Positions 53,401 through 64,000 of a stretch of DNA of 64,000 bases are shown one piece after another. Both the position numbers and the translations under genes were made by a program. Within the stretch, counting starts at the first letter, position 1; each line of letters opens with the position of its first letter. Location: the NCBI RefSeq assembly GCF_009914755.1, contig NC_060944.1; one strand, 5' to 3'. This DNA comes from the human T2T-CHM13v2.0 reference genome, Homo sapiens. The notes beneath the pieces are model-generated. The model was not told the origin of the DNA, did no database searches, and worked only from the letters and a program-made list of their open reading frames with translations.

Positions 53401-56400
53401 TTCGTTGGAAACGGGAATACGTATAAAAAGCAGACAGCAGCATTGTCAGAAACTACTTTGTGATGTTTGCATTCAAGTCACAGAATTGAACACTCCCTTT
53501 CACAGAGCAGGTTTGAAACACTCTTTTTGTAGTGTCTGTAAGTGAACATTTGGATTGCTTTCAGGCCTAAGGTGAAAAAGGAAATATCTTCCCATAAAAA
53601 CTAGACAGAAGCATTCTCAGAAACTTGTTTGTGATGTGTGCCCTCTACTGACAGAGTTGAACCTTTCTTTGCAAAGAGCAGTTTTGAAACACTCTTTTTG
53701 TAGAATCTGCAAGAGGATATTTGGATAGCTTTGAGGATTTCTTGGGAAACGGGAATGTCTTCAGATAAACTCTAGACAGAAGCATTCTCAGAAACTTCTT
53801 TGGGATGTTTCAATTGAAGTCACAGTGTTGAACATTCCCTTTCACAGAGCAGGTTTGAAACACTCTTTTTGTAGTGTCTATAAGTGAACATTTGGCGTGC
53901 TTTCAGGCCTAACGTGAAAAAGGAAATATCTTCCCATAAAAACTAGACAGAAGCATTCTCAGAAACTTGTTCTTGATGTGTCCCCTCTACTGACAGAGTT
54001 GAACCTTTCTTTGCAAAGAGCAGCTTTGAAACACTCTTTTTGTAGAATCTGCAAGAGGATATTTGGATAGCTTGGAGGATTTCGTTGGAAACGGGTATGT
54101 CTTCAGATAAACTCTAGACAGAAGCATTCTCAGAAACTTCTTTGGGATGTTGCATTCAAGTCACCGAGTAGAACATTCCCATTCATAGAGCAGATTTGAA
54201 ACACTCTTTTTGTAGTATCTGGAAGTGGACATTTGGAGCGCTTTCAGGCCTATGTTGAAAAAGGAAATATCTTCCCATAAAAACTAGACGGAAGCATTCT
54301 CAGAAACTTATTTGTGATGTGTTTGCTCAACTAACAGGATTGAACCATCGTTTTGAAGGAGCAGTTTTGAAACACTGTTTTCGTGGAATCTGCAAGTGGA
54401 TATTTGGCTAGCTTTGAGGATTTCGTTGGAAACGGGATTACATATAAAAAGGAGACAGCAGCATTCTCAGAAACTTCTTTGTGATGTCTGCATTCAATTC
54501 ACAGAGTTGAGCATTCCCTTTCATAGAGCAGGTTGGAAACACTCTTTTTGTAGTATCTGGATGAGGACATTTGGAGCGCTTTCAGGCGTATGGTGAAAAA
54601 GGAAATATCTTCCCGTAAAAACTAGACAGAAGCATTCTCAGAAGTTTATTTGTGATGTGTGCCCTCAACTAACAGAGTTGAACCTTTCTTTTGATAGAGC
54701 AGTTTTGAAACACTCTTTTTGTAAAATCTGCAAGAGGATATTTGGATAGCTTTGAGGATTTCGTTGCAAACGGGAATGGCTTCATATAAACTCTAGACAG
54801 AAGCATTCTCAGAAACTTCGTTGGGATGTTTCGATTGAAGTCCCAGTGTTGAACATTCCCTTTTATAGAGCAGGTTGGAAACACTCTTTCTGCATTCCCT
54901 GGAAGTGGACATTTGGAGCGCTTTCAGGACGACGGTGAAAATGGAAATATCTTCCAAGAAAATCTAGATAGAAGCAACGTCAGAAACTTTTATGTGATGG
55001 ATCTACTCAGCTAACAGAGTTGAACCTTTCTTTTGAGAGAGCAGTTTTGCAACACTCTTTTTGTGGAATATGCAAGTGGATATTAGGGCAGCTTTGAGGA
55101 TTTCGTTGGAAACGGGAATACATGTAAAAAGCAGACAGCAGCATTCTCAGAAACTTCTTTGTGATGTTTGCATTGAAGTCACAGAGTTGAACATTCCCTT
55201 TGAGAGAGCAGGTTTGAAACACGCCTTTTGTCATATCTGGAAGTGTCCATTCGGAGCGCATTCAGGCTTGTGTTGAAAAAGGAAATATCCTCCCATAAAA
55301 ACTAGACAGAAGCATTCTCAGAAACTTATCTGTGATGTATGTTCTCAACTAACAGAACTAAACCATCGTTTTGAAGGAGCAGTTTTGAAACACTCTTTTT
55401 GCGGAATCTGCAAGTGGATATTTGGCTAGCTGGGAGGATTTCGTTGGAAACGGGATTACATACAAAAAGCAGACAGCAGCATTCTCAGAAACTTCTTTGT
55501 GATGTTTGCATTCAAGTCACAGAGTTGAACATTCCCTTTCATAGAGCAGGTTTGAAACACTCTTTTTGTAGTATCTGGATGTGGACATTTGGATCGCTTT
55601 CAGGCCTATGGTGAAAAAGGAAATATCTTCCCATGAAAACTAGACAGAAGCATTCTCAGAAACTTATTTGTGATGTGTGCCCTCAACTGACAGTGTTGAA
55701 CCTTTGTTTTGATAGAGCAGTTCTGAAACACACTTTTTGTAAAATCTGCAAGAGGATATTTGGATAGCTTTGAGGATTTCGTTGGAAACGGGAATGTCTT
55801 CATGTAAACTCTAGACAGAAGCATTCTCAGAAACTGCTTTGGGATGTTTCAATTGAAGTCCCAGTGTTGAACATTCCCTTTCATAGAGCAGGTTTGAAAC
55901 ACTCTTTTTGTACTATCTGGAAGTGGACATTTGGAGCGCTTTCAGGTCTACGGTGAAAAAGGAGATATCTTCCAATAAAAACTAGATAGAAGCAATGTCA
56001 GAACTTTTTTCATGATGTATCTACTCAGCAAACAGAGTTGAACCTTTCTTTTGAGAGAGCAGTTTTGAAACACTCTTTCTGTGGAATATGCAAGTGGGTA
56101 TTAGGCCAGCTTGGAGGATTTCGTTGGAAACGGGAATACGTATAAAAAGCAGACAGCAGCATTGTCAGAAACTACTTTGTGATGTTTGCATTCAAGTCAC
56201 AGAATTGAACACTCCCTTTCACAGAGCAGGTTTGAAACACTCTTTTTGTAGTGTCTGTAAGTGAACATTTGGATTGCTTTCAGGCCTAAGGTGAAAAAGG
56301 AAATATCTTCCCATAAAAACTAGACAGAAGCATTCTCAGAAACTTGTTTGTGATGTGTGCCCTCTACTGACAGAGTTGAAACTTTCTTTGCAAAGAGCAG

Positions 56401-59400
56401 TTTTGAAACACTCTTTTTGTAGAATCTGCAAGAGGATATTTGGATAGCTTTGAGGATTTCTTGGGAAACGGGAATGTCTTCAGATAAACTCTAGACAGAA
56501 GCATTCTCAGAAACTTCTTTGGGATGTTTCAATTGAAGTCACAGTGTTGTACATTCCCTTTCACAGAGCAGGTTTGAAACACTCTTTTTGTAGTGTCTAT
56601 AAGTGAACATTTGGCGTGCTTTCAGGCCTAACGTGAAAAAGGAAATATCTTCCCATAAAAACTAGACAGAAGCATTCTCAGAAACTTGTTCTTGATGTGT
56701 GCCCTCTACTGACAGAGTTGAACCTTTCTTTGCAAAGAGCAGTTTTGAAACACTCTTTTTGTAGAATCTGCAAGAGGATATTTGGATAGCTTTGAGGATT
56801 TCTTGGGAAACGGGAATGTCTTCAGATAAACTCTAGACAGAAGCATTCTCAGAAACTTCTTTGGGATGTTTCAATTGAAGTCACAGTGTTGAACATTCCC
56901 TTTCACAGAGCAGGTTTGAAACACTCTTTTTGTAGTGTCTATAAGTGAACATTTGGCGTGCTTTCAGGCCTAACGTGAAAAAGGAAATATCTTCCCATAA
57001 AAACTAGACAGAAGCATTCTCAGAAACTTGTTCTTGATGTGTCCCCTCTACTGACAGAGTTGAACCTTTCTTTGCAAAGAGCAGCTTTGAAACACTCTTT
57101 TTGTAGAATCTGCAAGAGGATATTTGGATAGCTTGGAGGATTTCGTTGGAAACGGGTATGTCTTCAGATAAACTCTAGACAGAAGCATTCTCAGAAACTT
57201 CTTTGGGATGTTGCATTCAAGTCACAGAGTAGAACATTCCCATTCATAGAGCAGATTTGAAACACTCTTTTTGTAGTATCTGGAAGTGGACATTTGGAGC
57301 GCTTTCAGGCCTATGTTGAAAAAGGAAATATCTTCCCATAAAAACTAGACGGAAGCATTCTCAGAAACTTATTTGTGATGTGTTTGCTCAACTAACAGGA
57401 TTGAACCATCGTTTTGAAGGAGCAGTTTTGAAACACTGTTTTCGTGGAATCTGCAAGTGGATATTTGGCTAGCTTTGAGGATTTCGTTGGAAACGGGATT
57501 ACGTATAAAAAGGAGACAGCAGCATTCTCAGAAACTTCTTTGTGATGTCTGCATTCAATTCACAGAGTTGAGCATTCCCTTTCATAGAGCAGGTTGGAAA
57601 CACTCTTTTTGTAGTATCTGGATGAGGACATTTGGAGCGCTTTCAGGCGTATGGTGAAAAAGGAAATATCTTCCCGTAAAAACTAGACAGAAGCATTCTC
57701 AGAAGTTTATTTGTGATGTGTGCCCTCAACTAACAGAGTTGAACCTTTCTTTTGATAGAGCAGTTTTGAAACACTCTTTTTGTAAAATCTGCAAGAGGAT
57801 ATTTGGATAGCTTTGAGGATTTCGTTGCAAACGGGAATGGCTTCATATAAACTCTAGACAGAAGCATTCTCAGAAACTTCGTTGGGATGTTTCGATTGAA
57901 GTCCCAGTGTTGAACATTCCCTTTTATAGAGCAGGTTGGAAACACTCTTTCTGCATTCCCTGGAAGTGGACATTTGGAGCGCTTTCAGGACGACGGTGAA
58001 AATGGAAATATCTTCCAAGAAAATCTAGATAGAAGCAACGTCAGAAACTTTTATGTGATGGATCTACTCAGCTAACAGAGTTGAACCTTTCTTTTGAGAG
58101 AGCAGTTTTGCAACACTCTTTTTGTGGAATATGCAAGTGGATATTAGGGCAGCTTTGAGGATTTCGTTGGAAACGGGAATACATGTAAAAAGCAGACAGC
58201 AGCATTCTCAGAAACTTCTTTGTGATGTTTGCATTGAAGTCACAGAGTTGAACATTCCCTTTGAGAGAGCAGGTTTGAAACACGCCTTTTGTCATATCTG
58301 GAAGTGTCCATTCGGAGCGCATTCAGGCTTGTGTTGAAAAAGGAAATATCCTCCCATAAAAACTAGACAGAAGCATTCTCAGAAACTTATCTGTGATGTA
58401 TGTACTCAACTAACAGAACTAAACCATCGTTTTGAAGGAGCAGTTTTGAAACACTCTTTTTGCGGAATCTGCAAGTGGATATTTGGCTAGCTGGGAGGAT
58501 TTCGTTGGAAACGGGAGTACATACAAAAAGCAGAGAGCAGCATTCTCAGAAACTTCTTTGTGATGTTTGCATTCAAGTCACAGAGTTGAACATTCCCTTT
58601 CATAGAGCAGGTTTGAAACACTCTTTTTGTAGTATCTGGATGTGGACATTTGGATCGCTTTCAGGCCTATGGTGAAAAAGGAAATATCTTCCCATGAAAA
58701 CTAGACAGAAGCATTCTCAGAAACTTATTTGTGATGTGTGCCCTCAACTGACAGTGTTGAACCTTTGTTTTGATAGAGCAGTTCTGAAACACACTTTTTG
58801 TAAAATCTGCAAGAGGATATTTGGATAGCTTTGAGGATTTCGTTGGAAACGGGAATGTCTTCATGTAAACTCTGGACAGAAGCATTCTCAGAAACTGCTT
58901 TGGGATGTTTCAATTGAAGTCCCAGTGTTGAACATTCCCTTTCATAGAGCAGGTTTGAAACACTCTTTTTGTACTATCTGGAAGTGGACATTTGGAGCGC
59001 TTTCAGGTCTACGGTGAAAAAGGAGATATCTTCCAATAAAAACTAGATAGAAGCAATGTCAGAACTTTTTTCATGATGTATCTACTCAGCAAACAGAGTT
59101 GAACCTTTCTTTTGAGAGAGCAGTTTTGAAACACTCTTTTTGTGGAATATGCAAGTGGGTATTAGGCCAGCTTGGAGGATTTCGTTGGAAACGGGAATAC
59201 GTATAAAAAGCAGACAGCAGCATTGTCAGAAACTACTTTGTGATGTTTGCATTCAAGTCACAGAATTGAACACTCCCTTTCACAGAGCAGGTTTGAAACA
59301 CTCTTTTTGTAGTGTCTGTAAGTGAACATTTGGATTGCTTTCAGGCCTAAGGTGAAAAAGGAAATATCTTCCCATAAAAACTAGACAGAAGCATTCTCAG

Positions 59401-62400
59401 AAACTTGTTTGTGATGTGTGCCCTCTACTGACAGAGTTGAACCTTTCTTTGCAAAGAGCAGTTTTGAAACACTCTTTTTGTAGAATCTGCAAGAGGATAT
59501 TTGGATAGCTTTGAGGATTTCTTGGGAAACGGGAATGTCTTCAGATAAACTCTAGACAGAAGCATTCTCAGAAACTTCTTTGGGATGTTTCAATTGAAGT
59601 CACAGTGTTGAACATTCCCTTTCACAGAGCAGGTTTGAAACACTCTTTTTGTAGTGTCTATAAGTGAACATTTGGCGTGCTTTCAGGCCTAACGTGAAAA
59701 AGGAAATATCTTCCCATAAAAACTAGACAGAAGCATTCTCAGAAACTTGTTCTTGATGTGTCCCCTCTACTGACAGAGTTGAACCTTTCTTTGCAAAGAG
59801 CAGCTTTGAAACACTCTTTTTGTAGAATCTGCAAGAGGATATTTGGATAGCTTGGAGGATTTCGTTGGAAACGGGTATGTCTTCAGATAAACTCTAGACA
59901 GAAGCATTCTCAGAAACTTCTTTGGGATGTTGCATTCAAGTCACCGAGTAGAACATTCCCATTCATAGAGCAGATTTGAAACACTCTTTTTGTAGTATCT
60001 GGAAGTGGACATTTGGAGCGCTTTCAGGCCTATGTTGAAAAAGGAAATATCTTCCCATAAAAACTAGACGGAAGCATTCTCAGAAACTTATTTGTGATGT
60101 GTTTGCTCAACTAACAGGATTGAACCATCGTTTTGAAGGAGCAGTTTTGAAACACTGTTTTCGTGGAATCTGCAAGTGGATATTTGGCTAGCTTTGAGGA
60201 TTTCGTTGGAAACGGGATTACATATAAAAAGGAGACAGCAGCATTCTCAGAAACTTCTTTGTGATGTCTGCATTCAATTCACAGAGTTGAGCATTCCCTT
60301 TCATAGAGCAGGTTGGAAACACTCTTTTTGTAGTATCTGGATGAGGACATTTGGAGCGCTTTCAGGCGTATGGTGAAAAAGGAAATATCTTCCCGTAAAA
60401 ACTAGACAGAAGCATTCTCAGAAGTTTATTTGTGATGTGTGCCCTCAACTAACAGAGTTGAACCTTTCTTTTGATAGAGCAGTTTTGAAACACTCTTTTT
60501 GTAAAATCTGCAAGAGGATATTTGGATAGCTTTGAGGATTTCGTTGCAAACGGGAATGGCTTCATATAAACTCTAGACAGAAGCATTCTCAGAAACTTCG
60601 TTGGGATGTTTCGATTGAAGTCCCAGTGTTGAACATTCCCTTTTATAGAGCAGGTTGGAAACACTCTTTCTGCATTCCCTGGAAGTGGACATTTGGAGCG
60701 CTTTCAGGACGACGGTGAAAATGGAAATATCTTCCAAGAAAATCTAGATAGAAGCAACGTCAGAAACTTTTATGTGATGGATCTACTCAGCTAACAGAGT
60801 TGAACCTTTCTTTTGAGAGAGCAGTTTTGCAACACTCTTTTTGTGGAATATGCAAGTGGATATTAGGGCAGCTTTGAGGATTTCGTTGGAAACGGGAATA
60901 CATGTAAAAAGCAGACAGCAGCATTCTCAGAAACTTCTTTGTGATGTTTGCATTGAAGTCACAGAGTTGAACATTCCCTTTGAGAGAGCAGGTTTGAAAC
61001 ACGCCTTTTGTCATATCTGGAAGTGTCCATTCGGAGCGCATTCAGGCTTGTGTTGAAAAAGGAAATATCCTCCCATAAAAACTAGACAGAAGCATTCTCA
61101 GAAACTTATCTGTGATGTATGTACTCAACTAACAGAACTAAACCATCGTTTTGAAGGAGCAGTTTTGAAACACTCTTTTTGCGGAATCTGCAAGTGGATA
61201 TTTGGCTAGCTGGGAGGATTTCGTTGGAAACGGGAGTACATACAAAAAGCAGACAGCAGCATTCTCAGAAACTTCTTTGTGATGTTTGCATTCAAGTCAC
61301 AGAGTTGAACATTCCCTTTCATAGAGCAGGTTTGAAACACTCTTTTTGTAGTATCTGGATGTGGACATTTGGATCGCTTTCAGGCCTATGGTGAAAAAGG
61401 AAATATCTTCCCATGAAAACTAGACAGAAGCATTCTCAGAAACTTATTTGTGATGTGTGCCCTCAACTGACAGTGTTGAACCTTTGTTTTGATAGAGCAG
61501 TTCTGAAACACACTTTTTGTAAAATCTGCAAGAGGATATTTGGATAGCTTTGAGGATTTCGTTGGAAACGGGAATGTCTTCATGTAAACTCTAGACAGAA
61601 GCATTCTCAGAAACTGCTTTGGGATGTTTCAATTGAAGTCCCAGTGTTGAACATTCCCTTTCATAGAGCAGGTTTGAAACACTCTTTTTGTACTATCTGG
61701 AAGTGGACATTTGGAGCGCTTTCAGGTCTACGGTGAAAAAGGAGATATCTTCCAATAAAAACTAGATAGAAGCAATGTCAGAACTTTTTTCATGATGTAT
61801 CTACTCAGCAAACAGAGTTGAACCTTTCTTTTGAGAGAGCAGTTTTGAAACACTCTTTCTGTGGAATATGCAAGTGGGTATTAGGCCAGCTTGGAGGATT
61901 TCGTTGGAAACGGGAATACGTATAAAAAGCAGACAGCAGCATTGTCAGAAACTACTTTGTGATGTTTGCATTCAAGTCACAGAATTGAACACTCCCTTTC
62001 ACAGAGCAGGTTTGAAACACTCTTTTTGTAGTGTCTGTAAGTGAACATTTGGATTGCTTTCAGGCCTAAGGTGAAAAAGGAAATATCTTCCCATAAAAAC
62101 TAGACAGAAGCATTCTCAGAAACTTGTTTGTGATGTGTGCCCTCTACTGACAGAGTTGAAACTTTCTTTGCAAAGAGCAGTTTTGAAACACTCTTTTTGT
62201 AGAATCTGCAAGAGGATATTTGGATAGCTTTGAGGATTTCTTGGGAAACGGGAATGTCTTCAGATAAACTCTAGACAGAAGCATTCTCAGAAACTTCTTT
62301 GGGATGTTTCAATTGAAGTCACAGTGTTGTACATTCCCTTTCACAGAGCAGGTTTGAAACACTCTTTTTGTAGTGTCTATAAGTGAACATTTGGCGTGCT

Positions 62401-64000
62401 TTCAGGCCTAACGTGAAAAAGGAAATATCTTCCCATAAAAACTAGACAGAAGCATTCTCAGAAACTTGTTCTTGATGTGTGCCCTCTACTGACAGAGTTG
62501 AACCTTTCTTTGCAAAGAGCAGTTTTGAAACACTCTTTTTGTAGAATCTGCAAGAGGATATTTGGATAGCTTTGAGGATTTCTTGGGAAACGGGAATGTC
62601 TTCAGATAAACTCTAGACAGAAGCATTCTCAGAAACTTCTTTGGGATGTTTCAATTGAAGTCACAGTGTTGAACATTCCCTTTCACAGAGCAGGTTTGAA
62701 ACACTCTTTTTGTAGTGTCTATAAGTGAACATTTGGCGTGCTTTCAGGCCTAACGTGAAAAAGGAAATATCTTCCCATAAAAACTAGACAGAAGCATTCT
62801 CAGAAACTTGTTCTTGATGTGTCCCCTCTACTGACAGAGTTGAACCTTTCTTTGCAAAGAGCAGCTTTGAAACACTCTTTTTGTAGAATCTGCAAGAGGA
62901 TATTTGGATAGCTTGGAGGATTTCGTTGGAAACGGGTATGTCTTCAGATAAACTCTAGACAGAAGCATTCTCAGAAACTTCTTTGGGATGTTGCATTCAA
63001 GTCACAGAGTAGAACATTCCCATTCATAGAGCAGATTTGAAACACTCTTTTTGTAGTATCTGGAAGTGGACATTTGGAGCGCTTTCAGGCCTATGTTGAA
63101 AAAGGAAATATCTTCCCATAAAAACTAGACGGAAGCATTCTCAGAAACTTATTTGTGATGTGTTTGCTCAACTAACAGGATTGAACCATCGTTTTGAAGG
63201 AGCAGTTTTGAAACACTGTTTTCGTGGAATCTGCAAGTGGATATTTGGCTAGCTTTGAGGATTTCGTTGGAAACGGGATTACGTATAAAAAGGAGACAGC
63301 AGCATTCTCAGAAACTTCTTTGTGATGTCTGCATTCAATTCACAGAGTTGAGCATTCCCTTTCATAGAGCAGGTTGGAAACACTCTTTTTGTAGTATCTG
63401 GATGAGGACATTTGGAGCGCTTTCAGGCGTATGGTGAAAAAGGAAATATCTTCCCGTAAAAACTAGACAGAAGCATTCTCAGAAGTTTATTTGTGATGTG
63501 TGCCCTCAACTAACAGAGTTGAACCTTTCTTTTGATAGAGCAGTTTTGAAACACTCTTTTTGTAAAATCTGCAAGAGGATATTTGGATAGCTTTGAGGAT
63601 TTCGTTGCAAACGGGAATGGCTTCATATAAACTCTAGACAGAAGCATTCTCAGAAACTTCGTTGGGATGTTTCGATTGAAGTCCCAGTGTTGAACATTCC
63701 CTTTTATAGAGCAGGTTGGAAACACTCTTTCTGCATTCCCTGGAAGTGGACATTTGGAGCGCTTTCAGGACGACGGTGAAAATGGAAATATCTTCCAAGA
63801 AAATCTAGATAGAAGCAACGTCAGAAACTTTTATGTGATGGATCTACTCAGCTAACAGAGTTGAACCTTTCTTTTGAGAGAGCAGTTTTGCAACACTCTT
63901 TTTGTGGAATATGCAAGTGGATATTAGGGCAGCTTTGAGGATTTCGTTGGAAACGGGAATACATGTAAAAAGCAGACAGCAGCATTCTCAGAAACTTCTT
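47494..64000 (+). repeat. HOR units U18-U23, alternating 16-mer/18-mer (starts 47494, 50213, 53274, 55993, 59054, 61773; last unit truncated by window end)
   Basis: Alternating 2719/3061 spacing gives a 5780-bp super-period. Confidence 0.95.

Larger units (their letters stand above)
1..64000 (+). repeat. Centromeric alpha-satellite HOR array (dimeric A/B, 16-mer 2719 bp); probably human chr20 D20Z2 / S2C20H1L
   Basis: Continuous 167-171 bp monomers with alphoid motifs (cattctcagaaact, ttgaaacactctttttgtag, tttcgttggaaacggga). The marker ORF 'MDIWLALR' recurs at 2719/3061/2548 bp spacing. A CENP-B box position occurs in every second monomer. The alpha-satellite call is near certain; the chr20 assignment is inference (~0.7). 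Confidence 0.98.

Noticed and set aside
5159-55343. Scattered singleton SNPs (e.g. 5159, 8247, 18323, 33238, 43851, 47826, 47989, 55343)
   Set aside because: Ordinary background divergence or possible consensus errors, with no pattern or motif effect.
162-63725. Many 61-84 aa ORFs on both strands
   Set aside because: They recur with HOR periodicity, mostly begin at TTG/GTG-type codons, overlap in opposite frames and are direct translations of alphoid monomers. There is no evidence of coding function; they were used only as positional markers.
1-64000. CRISPR-like or prokaryotic repeat-spacer system
   Set aside because: The sequence between conserved motifs is itself repeated homologous monomer, not unique spacers, and no cas or other genes are present.
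1-64000. Chromosome 17 D17Z1 16-mer (similar ~2.7 kb length)
   Set aside because: D17Z1 has pentameric SF3 organisation, whereas this array shows strict A/B dimer alternation.
1-64000. Transposon insertion, inversion or non-alphoid island
   Set aside because: All unit spacings are explained by 2719 bp, +342, -171 or -2, and monomer orientation never changes.

Overview
The whole 64 kb window is one uninterrupted, single-orientation primate centromeric alpha-satellite array, most likely human. It is built of ~171-bp monomers in alternating B-type (CENP-B box) and A-type (pJ-alpha box) dimers, organised as a highly homogeneous 2719-bp 16-monomer higher-order repeat (HOR). A dimeric 16-mer best fits the active chromosome 20 array (D20Z2 / S2C20H1L, suprachromosomal family 2); this is inferred, not database-verified. 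Monomers are numbered M1-M16 from the 'caatgtcagaactttttt' monomer at 76, which is my own numbering. The window holds 22 complete units and one partial unit, with monomer counts 16,18,16,16,18,18,18,16x9,15,16,18,16,18,16,18(partial). No protein-coding gene, RNA gene, transposon, inversion or CRISPR array is supported; all short ORFs are translations of the satellite. I did not find a new gene system. The interesting signal is array evolution: a monophyletic 18-mer variant with a mappable breakpoint, a 5780-bp (16+18) super-period, a 15-mer that breaks the dimer phase, a 2-kb patch rich in private SNPs, CENP-B box losses, micro-scale conversion haplotypes and a fossil 6+6+4 substructure in the 16-mer. 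SNP calls were read by eye, so some variants may be missed.
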